DNA of 64,000 nucleotides, from positions 175,961-239,960 of the IMG/VR virus record IMGVR_UViG_3300028045_000001, one strand, 5' to 3'. How positions within the stretch are numbered: position 1 is the first letter of the stretch; each line of letters starts with the position of its first letter. The position numbers and the translations under genes were made by a program. Below the pieces are notes generated by a model, which saw only the letters and a list, made by a program, of their open reading frames with translations, was not told where the DNA came from and did no database searches. This document shows positions 30,301 through 40,211 of the stretch, piece after piece.

Positions 30301-31496
30301 TATCGGTCACTGGATTACTTATGCCTGGGGTTACATCTGATGATGGGAAGCGTGCCAACTTTGTTAATGGCCAATTTAGTCAATTTGTAGCAACTGAAGA
30401 TAGTGACATCTGTAAAGTTCGAACTGGGTATGATAAAGTAATTGCATCCCTATCGCGATATCCATTCGCAGTAGTAGCGAAGCAACCTGGAGTTGTGGTG
30501 GATGTTAATGAAAAACTTAAGATGTTTAAGATACAATACAAAGATGGGACAGTACGGTCTTATGAGTATGGAGCTATACCGACCATGGTTACTGGCGTAA
30601 GTGTAACTCAAAACATAGACTGTATAGTTAAAAAGGGCCAGAAGTTCCAGCGAGGTGACACACTATGTTACAATAGAGATTATTTTAAATTAACCTCGGA
30701 TGGCATACCGACATTTAAAATGGGCGTCCTTATGAATATCGCATTTATTGAGAACGACAATACCATAGAGGATAGTTCGGGGGTATCTAAAAGAGCCGCA
30801 AGTAGGATGGGGTATGAGCCGGTGCACAGAAGATCTATATCTATACATAAAGATTCTATTGTGTTTGATATAGTGAAACTTGGACAAGCAGTATTGAACA
30901 CTCATAACCTTCTAATATTTGACGATGGCGATATACCACAAATGTTCTTAAAAAATGAGTATATTGACGAGATATCAGAGCTAAATAGATCTACACCAAA
31001 ATGTAAATTCTCTGGAAAGATTCTGAGAATAAATGTTGTTTACAATTGTGAGCTATCTGATATGTCGGAGTCTCTAAGAGCAGTCGTCAAAGAAATCACT
31101 AGGCCTCAAAACTCCAAAGCTAACTTTTCTAATGACCCCGACGAAGGATTCGTTAAATCAAAGCCACTTATCGGAGAAAATAAATTAGGAAAGGTTACAG
31201 TGGACGAGGACAGTGTAGTGTTTGATTTCTACATCCAGGAAAAAGATAGCCTAGATGCTGGAGATAAAATATTCATAGCGTCCTCTTTAAAATCCGTTAT
31301 ATCTGAGATATTTGAGGAGCCCATAATAGCATCTGATCTAAAGGACGTTGACACTGGCAAACCACTCGAGATAGATTGTTTATTCTCTCAGACCAGTGTG
31401 TCGAATAGAATAGTGACATCACCTATGATACTTGGACTGGGAACACGATGGTGCGATGCCTTAGAAAAAAAACTATTGGACATATGGGAAGCTTGA
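27399..31496 (+). CDS. rpoB: RNA polymerase beta subunit, large part (probably virion RNAP, phiKZ gp178-like)
   Basis: 1365 aa. GVISEATVDSGRVAL, DDGKRANF, TGYDKVIA, IEDSSGVS and GDKIFIASSLKSVI...SNRIV correspond to conserved beta regions. Confidence 0.88.
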   Translation: MLKYPQFYRKYGVYNSSGFKTIITHREGQLTELPMDSRLHIFDSVYNYTKNYTVAFDMNQPYFGKKKFGVYNIHNTSAGIIPKDTKLQFPTKDLKLKTLEFANTNKSRFITIPDDRKIDSTMPMNLVVINYNALSRVRLMGKFIEQRLVELFLTEAVNRINKYNGNHFVYVPLDTMTFVQQDFTRTYKAFVPVSFKYTTNVQYILTVHILNLLNIDSINGTLSKLPPHKYDSVTFIFNVGDKYVYYNLGEIFKLNEKNKAFLQIQRQFNDLSVAGRPTATKDLTAIDPEKNIDARSCDVLVDALSDSKTEVTPTIIDSVAEVDLAGEIAIERSKERLTTKQYAKLKKISVKYKDVVLEKGSGETLEAILNTPIEQTNTLDIANLDYLKDVVPDQSMLSTSILTSRIQYMQKAFKKDLAGTLTDFSKNGLFLVGIEKNEARTELSRIDHYSVTYVNERQEQTTIKFHLPHVDKDGDILVNGIKMRLRYQNITKPICKISKDTVSLSSNNNKALVQRHRTKATTFNEHLLKHIVKRGEDKINLIYGVVAPIGDVRAKLPYEYTSLSEKITQMQIKDPKMGSAEIEFNFEYTDRLHGLTDKTSKFVEKFEEDNNTVYLGGNTTTLFFIEIQGKLSIIDVKTLAVIPNSPDTLLDYIYGVVGPPSKPLANWVDLRILSKDFPMIFILGYRFGLSKILKYLNIDYAEFPKGVRVVAKDRSDVIIAFQDKSIVFKRSPLAKSLFSNGLRWMDLRKYYFEDMDDPQKYINILLDKKIGPHYLRGISNFFEMFLDYKTKEVLSQMGEPTNMLDLLVRATTMLVDQQHLPPASVENFRTRTYEKFIDVIYNEMSRALGQQKYAGHLSKEKFTINPNAVFNSVMSDTLMDNVSTINPIHQVKMDSAFSYTGIGGRDQQSFVHRDRQFPEDGVGVISEATVDSGRVALNSCFSQNPSITNNNGIIKPVDLDEVEPGQMLSVTGLLMPGVTSDDGKRANFVNGQFSQFVATEDSDICKVRTGYDKVIASLSRYPFAVVAKQPGVVVDVNEKLKMFKIQYKDGTVRSYEYGAIPTMVTGVSVTQNIDCIVKKGQKFQRGDTLCYNRDYFKLTSDGIPTFKMGVLMNIAFIENDNTIEDSSGVSKRAASRMGYEPVHRRSISIHKDSIVFDIVKLGQAVLNTHNLLIFDDGDIPQMFLKNEYIDEISELNRSTPKCKFSGKILRINVVYNCELSDMSESLRAVVKEITRPQNSKANFSNDPDEGFVKSKPLIGENKLGKVTVDEDSVVFDFYIQEKDSLDAGDKIFIASSLKSVISEIFEEPIIASDLKDVDTGKPLEIDCLFSQTSVSNRIVTSPMILGLGTRWCDALEKKLLDIWEA

Positions 31497-31569
31497 TAAC
31501 TTATTTTTATGTACAGTTGTTATGTTATAACCTATTTCATTTGGAACACCAATAACTTTATTATTAAGT

Positions 31570-32055
31570 ATGGAGGAAAACATGATTAATTTACTTAGGA
31601 CTTTTGGTATGAAAATACTTAGTTTCCTTGTTGGACTAAGTCTCACAGATGTTATCAATTTCGCTGAGGGAGCATCTAAGGGCATCGGCGCTATAGAGGC
31701 ACTCAAGGCCTCATACAGAGTCATACGTATTGCACTGGGGGATAGGGAATACGAGCAAATACTTACGGAGCTTTACAATATAGACTCTACCGTAGATGAG
31801 CTCAAGGTATCCCATCCAGGCATTGAAACACTTGTCATGCATATTGTCGATGAATTGAACGATTATTTTCATTTGCCGGAAAACATTGAGAAGGATAAGA
31901 ACGATGGCATTGTCAACGTAAGTACATTAAAGACCATCGATAAATTTATAACCAAACATGGCGTCAAGGATCTCCCAGTAGATGCGCTTGGCAAAAAAGC
32001 ACTTAAGTATATATCAGAGACAATAGTGCAGGATAGATTGGCTGTCCCAGAATAG
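31570..32055 (+). CDS. Hypothetical protein
   Basis: 161-aa ORF. Confidence 0.55.
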   Translation: MEENMINLLRTFGMKILSFLVGLSLTDVINFAEGASKGIGAIEALKASYRVIRIALGDREYEQILTELYNIDSTVDELKVSHPGIETLVMHIVDELNDYFHLPENIEKDKNDGIVNVSTLKTIDKFITKHGVKDLPVDALGKKALKYISETIVQDRLAVPE

Positions 32056-32081
32056 TACCATGTTGAATTTTATAACACTGC

Positions 32082-32118
32082 TACCTTGGCCTTGCCTACT
32101 ATAGGCAAGGCCAAGGTA
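32082..32118. terminator. Perfect inverted repeat, 17-bp stem, 3-nt loop
   Basis: taccttggccttgccta-cta-taggcaaggccaaggta. Confidence 0.65.
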
Positions 32119-32164
32119 ACTAATGAGTTTATCTATCCCATGTGCAATTAAATACATACATTGT

Positions 32165-32177
32165 AATTATATAAACT
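32165..32177 (+). promoter_or_regulatory. Candidate late promoter motif
   Basis: AATTATATAAACT upstream of the fibre cluster. Confidence 0.35.
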
Positions 32178-32247
32178 GAACTGTATATATTTAAAGATCG
32201 AATATTAATATAAATTTTATAATTTTAATACATAGGGGAATGTTGCC

Positions 32248-33075
32248 ATGAGTCCTAATTTACCAATAAATGATTATACTATCGCCCAACAACAAGCATT
32301 GGTTAAAGTCAATGCAAAGACACAACTGGCCAATGGTAGCAATAGGACGTTGACTGAGATAAAGTCTGAAGTATTGGATACTAAGACTACATTAGAAAGC
32401 AAGGTCAATGGAATGTCCCCAAGACTCGACAATGTGAATGTAGCCATCCCTAATAAAGTGATCGAATTTGGTGCCCTTATAGCGGAAGAAGAAACATTAT
32501 ACCAGAGCATCTCCCAAGTTGCTACTACAAAATTCACAATGACACTTGACGGCAGTGTTGAAAAATTTTATCCTGTATGGTTTAAGTTTAATTCCGAAAC
32601 CATTAATTTTTTGGAGATATATAGGAATAAGAATCTAAACAGTGAGTTATTTGTTTTAGATAAAACTATACCAAGTGGGTACATATACATTGAAGGATGC
32701 GGGTACGACCCACTTACAGAATTACCCGGTAGACTAACCGTACGGTCATTCAATGAAATCGGAAATAAATGCATGAGTCTACCTAGTCCTAATCTGTATA
32801 GCAGTAGAGAAATTAATTCTGAAAAGGGGTACTACACAGTTGGGATCTCTGGAATTTATCTGCGTGGAGGATTAACCTATAATTTCCGATGTAACGATCT
32901 TGATGTTATACACAATATTGAAACCATATTTAACGATGGAACCAAAGACGCTTACACCATAACTGGCGTGGATGGAGAAGAGTACTATGCAGAAGCTACT
33001 ACAGTCGAAGACTGTGATAAAATAGATTGGGATGCGTCAATAAGCCCATTGTACGGAACCCAACAACAACCATAA
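32248..33075 (+). CDS. Fibre/appendage family protein (coiled coil + FYP/LRGG domain)
   Basis: LDGSVEKFYPVWF...SGIYLRGGLTY. Confidence 0.6.
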   Translation: MSPNLPINDYTIAQQQALVKVNAKTQLANGSNRTLTEIKSEVLDTKTTLESKVNGMSPRLDNVNVAIPNKVIEFGALIAEEETLYQSISQVATTKFTMTLDGSVEKFYPVWFKFNSETINFLEIYRNKNLNSELFVLDKTIPSGYIYIEGCGYDPLTELPGRLTVRSFNEIGNKCMSLPSPNLYSSREINSEKGYYTVGISGIYLRGGLTYNFRCNDLDVIHNIETIFNDGTKDAYTITGVDGEEYYAEATTVEDCDKIDWDASISPLYGTQQQP

Positions 33076-33185
33076 AGCATTTGACTGTTCAACCGGAACT
33101 GATAGTGTGGATTGTAGAAACCTTCTACCGACAATCTGGTGCCATGCTTCGGTATCAAACGCATAAAGATTAAGGGATATTGATT

Positions 33186-34964
33186 ATGAGTGCAAATTTA
33201 TTAACGAGTGAATATATTCGAGCTCAACGAACCAACATAGCTACCGTTGAAGACAAAATACCAAGTGCTGATAAAACTAGGACCGATATATCGGAACGCC
33301 TTGTTGAAGATGCGACTTATGCCACAGAAAAAAATATATTGTTAAATAGTAGAGACGCTAAAAGTACGGAGTTAGAGAACCACAGTAATGATAATAACGA
33401 ACTCCTGACTGAGGCAACTACGACGATAAATTCTAATGATGCGATAGTTAAATATAACTATAAGAATGAAATAGAGTTTGTTGTGAACGGAGAAATAAAT
33501 AAATTCTATCCAGTCTGGTTTCTTACTGGAACAGTAGGGCCGGCACCATCTCAAATATATGGAAGTATTTACATAGACGTTATCCGAACATCTGATATGG
33601 ATAGGCTATTGTTTGCCAATGACCCATCAAAGACTCCGACCGTTTATATGCACATCGATGCTGACAGCACAGATAGATGTAAGAATGTACCAACTGATTT
33701 TAAAGTTAGAAACTACTCTCCTAAACATGTAGAGTGTATCGCTATACCGAATAAAAAGTTATATTGTTCAAAGACACGATTTCCTTGGTTGCCCAAATAC
33801 CAACATCCGGTGTTATCTGGATTCTATGTTAGGGGCGGTATTAAATTTAAAATTTTTACCGATAGTGAGCAAGTTTCTAATGCACTCATAGCCAGAATGG
33901 AGTTACCGGCACTGGATGAGTACAACATTCAATCTTCTGGAGAGGATGACTACTATTGTAGAACTATAAAGGAAGAACACATTACACACATCCCATGGGG
34001 CATATCTGCATATAACTACCCTACGGAATATGCTCCGTTGGTTGGGGATACAGGATTATTGGTTGGTGGCACCTCCGCAGGCGATATTATAACCAGAAAT
34101 GAAATAGGCTATATATCAACTAAAGCCGCTACAATTGGTGCAGGTAACTTAAGTTTCCATATGGTACAACCGGAATGTGCCTCGAACGGTGGGAATGATA
34201 TCTGTGTTACAACTGGGGATGACGACGATAGTCTTGGGAACAGTCACGATGCGCAGTCTATTGTATCGACGGGATCCGACACACTTACGACTGCTGCGAT
34301 GTCTAAAGGCGTTAGTCTCAGTAAAGGAACATCCAACAATGTAAGTGATGTAGCTGTATTTACTGGAGGAGTAGGGTCGGGTGTACCCCTAACTGATATA
34401 CGGAGGGTTGCAGTACCGACTGTGGCCGAACATGCAGTTGTCGGTAATTTATTGGGAGCCGTAGTTGGCCATGTGTGTGATTCTAATGGGACACTTGATC
34501 AGGCAGTAGTAGTTGGGGGACATGAACTCGATGGAACACAATCCTCGATAGTGCAACAGTTCATTATTTCAACTGGATCGAACTCTGCGAAGACAGCTGA
34601 CCTGACAACGTATACCAAGTATGGAGAGTCCACCTCAATTGGTAATAGCGTAGGCGACCAAATTACAATTGCTGGTGGAAAAGATATGGAAAATGGGGAT
34701 GTTGTTATCCCACACATATACAGTTCTGTTGTGTCAACAGGAGCGGATGTAAATACGACGAGTGACCTTTCTATAGCTACGGCTACAACTGGAGGTACCT
34801 CAAATGGCACAGGTGATATTGGAACTATATATGGAGTTGGAGGAGATGGCGGGGTTATGTCAGACGAGTTACAGCAACTTGTTGTCTCTACCGGAACCTA
34901 TAGTTCGCAAACTAACAACGTTGCGACTGCTTCCATTTTAAATGGCGCTGCATCTAATGCATAG
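33186..34964 (+). CDS. Fibre/appendage family protein (coiled coil + FYP/LRGG domain + Kelch-like repeats)
   Basis: VNGEINKFYPVWF...FYVRGG, then repeated (I/V)STG...SNG..D....GG units. Confidence 0.65.
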   Translation: MSANLLTSEYIRAQRTNIATVEDKIPSADKTRTDISERLVEDATYATEKNILLNSRDAKSTELENHSNDNNELLTEATTTINSNDAIVKYNYKNEIEFVVNGEINKFYPVWFLTGTVGPAPSQIYGSIYIDVIRTSDMDRLLFANDPSKTPTVYMHIDADSTDRCKNVPTDFKVRNYSPKHVECIAIPNKKLYCSKTRFPWLPKYQHPVLSGFYVRGGIKFKIFTDSEQVSNALIARMELPALDEYNIQSSGEDDYYCRTIKEEHITHIPWGISAYNYPTEYAPLVGDTGLLVGGTSAGDIITRNEIGYISTKAATIGAGNLSFHMVQPECASNGGNDICVTTGDDDDSLGNSHDAQSIVSTGSDTLTTAAMSKGVSLSKGTSNNVSDVAVFTGGVGSGVPLTDIRRVAVPTVAEHAVVGNLLGAVVGHVCDSNGTLDQAVVVGGHELDGTQSSIVQQFIISTGSNSAKTADLTTYTKYGESTSIGNSVGDQITIAGGKDMENGDVVIPHIYSSVVSTGADVNTTSDLSIATATTGGTSNGTGDIGTIYGVGGDGGVMSDELQQLVVSTGTYSSQTNNVATASILNGAASNA

Positions 34965-34978
34965 GGAGATATTTTGTA

Positions 34979-37900
34979 ATGAGTGATAAAAAAATAATAA
35001 TCGGGGATAAAACTATATCCGACATATCAGATGACATTTCAATATCCAACAGCGATAGTACCATATTGGCATCTGGCAAAGCGTATGATTCTGTTTATAA
35101 AGAATTGACCAGTATTATCCAAGGTACGAAACAAGGCCAAATAACTGCACTTAATCAGAGACTAATAGAAGCACTCGATGCATTACAAGAAATAATCGAT
35201 GAGAATAATGATAGTTTATTTGATATCCAAGATGACGATCTGTCTGCATTGAGAACTGTTCTTGAAAGAGGAAACCTGATACGAGCAGATATTGTGAATA
35301 GTGGCATACAATATGAACTCACTGAAACCGGACATGACGTCAATGAATACGCCATAGACTGCTTAGAGCAATTTGTAGCGGGTTTAATTACAGACACCGG
35401 ACACTCTGCCATAGTAACCGTCGGCGGTGATGCTACTAAATTTTACCCCATTGTTTGGCCATTTCCAACTGGTTATGTTGGCACTGTTCGGATTGAGCGA
35501 GATAACACTCTGCCAACTGGTCACTCCGACCTAAGTATGTCGTTGTTCTTTAAGTGTTATGGATTTGGTTCGGGTGTAGATGTGAATGAATCACATGAGT
35601 TCAGAATAACTGACTTTACTGAGGCGAATGGAATATCCCTTAGGCTCGCAAGTCAGGATGTGTTCAATACTCCAAGCGGACTAGATCCAGTGAAACATGG
35701 CACTTACTCCTGCCCTATTGGAAACTGTGTGTTTTTAAGAGGGAATACGCAATACAAAATAACATGCAGCGATGTAGCTATACTGGCAGCTATCCAAGTT
35801 TCAGCCGATAACGTCGTGTCGAATTCCTTGCATGAAATAAACGGATACACTTACAATGTATCATGCATAGATGAGTCTATTATAACTAATATAATTAGTG
35901 ACGAGCGATTAAAATGGCTATTCCGTCAGCAGCATGTTATTAATACTAATAAGGTCAATGCTGTAACAGGTATGAATGTCCCAGTCGACTCAACTACTGG
36001 GAATTATTCAATAACATGGGGTACAACGAGTACTGCGGACGCAGAGTATGTTCTCGAACAAGCAACAGATTCTAATTTTTCAGATACTGTCGAATTGTAC
36101 AGTGGCCCGAATAGACAATTGGAGTTCATCGACCATGGTCCAGGGATTTTCTACTATAGAGTTAAAGCTATCAAATCTGGCTTAGCTGGAAGTGATTGGG
36201 TAGTTGGATCCGACACATGCTCTGTTGTTAAGTATCTATCTCGACCAACGGGCCTCACTGTTCCTGAGATGAGTACAAACGATGGCGAATTCACTGCGAA
36301 TTGGGCAGGCACATTACCAGTTAATGCAGAATACGTTCTTGAGTATGCCTTACAACACCAGTACTTGGATGCAGTTTCGATATACCAAGGGACAGATACA
36401 AGTAAACAATTTGTACATCTGGAACTTCCCCAAGATAGGTATTATTTTAGAGTTAAGATTATTAAAGAGAACTATACGGATAGTAGTTACTTCGGCGGAA
36501 CTACATGCTTAGTCATTATAGTTGCACATGCACCAGATTCAGTTAGCGTACCAGATGAAAATGAGTCTGGTTCTTTTACTACCACTTGGGCTCCAACAAC
36601 AACGGCGGATGGTAGCTATATACTTGAACGAGCTACTGAATCCGACTTCAGTGATGCGACTCAGTTCCCAATTACTACGAACCAGTATGACAATATCGAC
36701 CTACTAACGGATACGTATTATTTTCGTGTAAAGACGGTATGTGTTGGCATGACGGATAGTGATTGGGTGGAATCAATTCCATGTGTTGTTACAAGAACCA
36801 TTGTCAAGCCCTCAGAGTTCATCGTGCCGTCCGATAATTCGACTGGGGATTTCATGGTACGTTGGACCCGCTCACCTGAAAGCGACGTTACCTATATTGT
36901 TCAGTATTCAAATGATTCTGACTTCGGGGATGATGCTATAGTTGAAATACAGACTACTGGCACTACCCATAGCTACACCGACATATACCCAGATGTGCTA
37001 TATTTTAGAATAAAGGCTATTAAGGATAACATGTACGATAGCCCATGGGAAGGTGGATCTACCAGTATAACTGTAACAAGAACAGTAGAGACTCCAATGG
37101 ATATCGTTGTTCCATCAGACAACAGTGATGGGACTTACACTATCAGTTGGACTGCTACAGAGACGCCTGAGGTCATGTATACACTTGAAGAGTTTACAGA
37201 CAGTGACTCTCCTGATAGCACTGTTACAAGAAGCATCGATTGCACTGACGCGTTCTTTACCTTTTTGGAACAAGTTCCCGGAACATACTACTACAGAGTA
37301 CGTGCCAGTAAAGAACCAGATTGGTATCATAGTGACTGGGGAACAGGGGAAACTGGATGTGAGGTCGAACGAACTGTAGAGCTTCCGTCATTAACAGTCC
37401 CACCAAACGACCATGATGGGGATGGTGTATTTAATATAGTTATAGGTCCATCTGAAACTGCAGGTGCGTCATATGTAATTGAAGTCACTGCAACTGATGG
37501 CTTCTCTGATGAAATCAATGTAGCAGCCGGCTCCTCGCTGACTATTGCAATGTTGGATTTGGATCCAGACATTTATTCTTTTAAAATCATGGCTACGAAA
37601 CCGGAATGGGAGAATAGTGATTGGGTAGATGGTAGTGATCCATGCGACGTTCGAAGAATTATAGAGCCTCCAACAAATTTTATTGTTACTGATTCTAATC
37701 TTACTGGGGATCTTACCGTAGCTTGGACAGCTTCTCCAGAAGAAGATGTCGCATATGTTCTTCAGCGTGCCACAGATGATTTATTCCCAACAGAATCTAC
37801 ACTTGAAGTGCAAGTAACAGGTACTTCATATAGTTACACAGATGTCCAACCAGGAGAACATTATTTTAGGGTCAAGGCCACCAAGTCTGAATGGAGGGAT

Positions 37901-40072
37901 AGCGATTGGGCGATCGGTAGTTGCGAAGTGAACAGGCAACCTGCCCCACCAATAAGCCTATCGGTTCCAAGCAACTCTCCAATTGACACTGTTGGTTTAG
38001 TGGAACTGACTATAGTGCCGCCTTCTGTCGCTAGTGACATTAGCAACTATGTTATCGAACGATCTACTCAATCAACCTTCGATCCATCGGATACAGTTGA
38101 AGTGTATTCTGGTTCTGGACTCAATCCAACCATCACTGAAACCATGCCAGGCACATATTGGTACCGAGTTAGAGCCATAGGATTAGATCCAGCTACTTGG
38201 GATCCGAGTCCTTGGACAGTTGGCGGTAGTTGCGAGGTAGAAATAAAAGTTGCAAAACCAAGTTCATTAACTGTGCCTGAAACTAACGACGACGGATCGC
38301 CGGTCTTAAATATAGTTGCATCTAGTTCCAATGTAACTTATGTGGTAAACCGCGCAAGAGCATCGAATTTTTCAGATGCAACTGAAATTTATAGGGGAGG
38401 GGGATTAGTTGTCATTGGCGGATCCAACTTGAATCCAGGTACTTACTACTACCAAGTCCGAGCTATTAGGAATAATTGGAAAGACAGTGACTGGACTAAT
38501 TCACATATCTCATGTGTGGTGAGTAGGACTGTCGTCAACCCAACGGGATTAACCGTGCCGCCAAACAGCGCTGGAGGAAATATAGCCTTGACAATAGGTG
38601 CATCTTCTACGCAAGGCTGCGTGTATGTCGTAGAAAGAGCCCTTAATCAAAGTTTTACACAGGGAAGACAGACTGTCTACACTGGCCAAACGCCATCCTG
38701 TTCGGCTCCTGTAGGAGGGGTTCCAAATAGGTATTATTTTAGAGTTAGGGGAATTAAAACGAACAATTGGAAAAGTAGTGCTTGGGTACCTGGCAATACC
38801 TCTTGCTTGATTACACCAAAGTTGAGAAATCCAACATATTTATCTATACCGCCAAGGTCTGTAAAGGACGCTCTTATGCCGGTAGTTATAGGGGCATCTC
38901 CAGATGCACCAGATTATTATGGAATATACATGTCCCGCTACAGTGACATGGCTAATCAATATCAAGTGTATCAAGGCCCTGCTCAAAATCCTAAAATTAC
39001 TATAGGTTCAGTTATTGGGGCATCGTATTTTCGAGTTAAAGCGTTTAAATCACAATGGGCCAGTAGCGATTATGTGGGAGGCAATAGGCCGACCAATAGC
39101 CTACGATATGGCGACGATGGTATGTTTACGGGAGGAACACAAGATAATGCTTATTTAGATAGTGCCCATAACGTAAAGATATCTACCGGCGCTATATCTT
39201 TTAATAGCGGCAACGTCACCAAGAGATCATATCATGGCATGGCATCCGACAGTCACAATGATAATTACATAGTACACGCAGGCCGCAAAGGACCAGATAG
39301 TGGAGACTTGCTCCAAAGTTCTGTCTATGGCAATGTATCGACAAGTAGTGTTGCAACAGTAGGAGGTGTTATTTCAACATGTCGCCTTTCCCTTTATTTA
39401 GATAATGACGTTGAAGGCCAATATGTTGTACTTGGTGGCTATAAGTCCAGTGGCAATAGGGATGTCTTAAAGGGCCACATATCCACTAGGCAAGAGACAC
39501 TTTCTGCGGTCGGCGACAATACTGCCGTATATGGTTCTGTTGGAGGAAATAAGGAGGATGTAGGATTCTTTATCCCGGGAGCATTCTCTTGGACCAGTTC
39601 CGGTAACTATCGAAGAAGCGTATTGGATGCGAGTGCGCATTTCATTATTTCTACTGAAGTAAGAAGTGAAACCACTGAAAGTATTTCTACAAGACACTTC
39701 TCTAGTTCCGTAGATAATAATAGTGGCGATACCATGATAGTTGTCAATGGGAGAAGATACCTTAAGTGGACAATATACGGGCCGAACAATAGATTGCGCT
39801 CTTATTACTACGAGGATGATATTACTTCAAATGATAAATATATCATGTCGACTGGAGTGCTATCTATGGGCGTCAGCGATTTATCAGAACCTTATGGGAT
39901 CGGCGGCTGTCAAAGCGGAGCAAATAACTCTATTAATTCCGAAGGGGTCATAATGGGAGGTAATGCCTCTGTAACAAAAATAACAATTGACACAAATGCT
40001 ACAGCCACAGATATTGGTTCTTTGCCAAATCCAAATGTGCTCATGAATCCTGCCGCAACCAGCAATGGGTAA
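34979..40072 (+). CDS. Large fibre/adhesin: N-terminal module, coiled coil, FYP domain, 11 FN3 repeats, C-terminal Kelch-like repeats
   Basis: Repeated VP...W....Y.LE.A....F......Y.G........YY(Y/F)RV(K/R)A......S.W units; C-terminal ISTG/SNG repeats. Confidence 0.8.
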   Translation: MSDKKIIIGDKTISDISDDISISNSDSTILASGKAYDSVYKELTSIIQGTKQGQITALNQRLIEALDALQEIIDENNDSLFDIQDDDLSALRTVLERGNLIRADIVNSGIQYELTETGHDVNEYAIDCLEQFVAGLITDTGHSAIVTVGGDATKFYPIVWPFPTGYVGTVRIERDNTLPTGHSDLSMSLFFKCYGFGSGVDVNESHEFRITDFTEANGISLRLASQDVFNTPSGLDPVKHGTYSCPIGNCVFLRGNTQYKITCSDVAILAAIQVSADNVVSNSLHEINGYTYNVSCIDESIITNIISDERLKWLFRQQHVINTNKVNAVTGMNVPVDSTTGNYSITWGTTSTADAEYVLEQATDSNFSDTVELYSGPNRQLEFIDHGPGIFYYRVKAIKSGLAGSDWVVGSDTCSVVKYLSRPTGLTVPEMSTNDGEFTANWAGTLPVNAEYVLEYALQHQYLDAVSIYQGTDTSKQFVHLELPQDRYYFRVKIIKENYTDSSYFGGTTCLVIIVAHAPDSVSVPDENESGSFTTTWAPTTTADGSYILERATESDFSDATQFPITTNQYDNIDLLTDTYYFRVKTVCVGMTDSDWVESIPCVVTRTIVKPSEFIVPSDNSTGDFMVRWTRSPESDVTYIVQYSNDSDFGDDAIVEIQTTGTTHSYTDIYPDVLYFRIKAIKDNMYDSPWEGGSTSITVTRTVETPMDIVVPSDNSDGTYTISWTATETPEVMYTLEEFTDSDSPDSTVTRSIDCTDAFFTFLEQVPGTYYYRVRASKEPDWYHSDWGTGETGCEVERTVELPSLTVPPNDHDGDGVFNIVIGPSETAGASYVIEVTATDGFSDEINVAAGSSLTIAMLDLDPDIYSFKIMATKPEWENSDWVDGSDPCDVRRIIEPPTNFIVTDSNLTGDLTVAWTASPEEDVAYVLQRATDDLFPTESTLEVQVTGTSYSYTDVQPGEHYFRVKATKSEWRDSDWAIGSCEVNRQPAPPISLSVPSNSPIDTVGLVELTIVPPSVASDISNYVIERSTQSTFDPSDTVEVYSGSGLNPTITETMPGTYWYRVRAIGLDPATWDPSPWTVGGSCEVEIKVAKPSSLTVPETNDDGSPVLNIVASSSNVTYVVNRARASNFSDATEIYRGGGLVVIGGSNLNPGTYYYQVRAIRNNWKDSDWTNSHISCVVSRTVVNPTGLTVPPNSAGGNIALTIGASSTQGCVYVVERALNQSFTQGRQTVYTGQTPSCSAPVGGVPNRYYFRVRGIKTNNWKSSAWVPGNTSCLITPKLRNPTYLSIPPRSVKDALMPVVIGASPDAPDYYGIYMSRYSDMANQYQVYQGPAQNPKITIGSVIGASYFRVKAFKSQWASSDYVGGNRPTNSLRYGDDGMFTGGTQDNAYLDSAHNVKISTGAISFNSGNVTKRSYHGMASDSHNDNYIVHAGRKGPDSGDLLQSSVYGNVSTSSVATVGGVISTCRLSLYLDNDVEGQYVVLGGYKSSGNRDVLKGHISTRQETLSAVGDNTAVYGSVGGNKEDVGFFIPGAFSWTSSGNYRRSVLDASAHFIISTEVRSETTESISTRHFSSSVDNNSGDTMIVVNGRRYLKWTIYGPNNRLRSYYYEDDITSNDKYIMSTGVLSMGVSDLSEPYGIGGCQSGANNSINSEGVIMGGNASVTKITIDTNATATDIGSLPNPNVLMNPAATSNG

Positions 40073-40111
40073 TCGGTACAACTGTATTTAAAGTTAAATT
40101 ATTTTTACATC

Positions 40112-40145
40112 ATGAGGAAGTTCTCCTGTAGGAGAACTTCCTCAT
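40112..40145. terminator. Perfect inverted repeat, 16-bp stem, 2-nt loop
   Basis: atgaggaagttctcct-gt-aggagaacttcctcat. Confidence 0.65.
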
Positions 40146-40160
40146 TAATAATGTTTTAAG

Positions 40161-40175
40161 ATATTATATACAACT
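40161..40175 (+). promoter_or_regulatory. Candidate late promoter motif
   Basis: ATATTATATACAACT. Confidence 0.4.
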
Positions 40176-40211
40176 AATTCAATATTATTAAGTTATCTAT
40201 GAGGTGAGATT

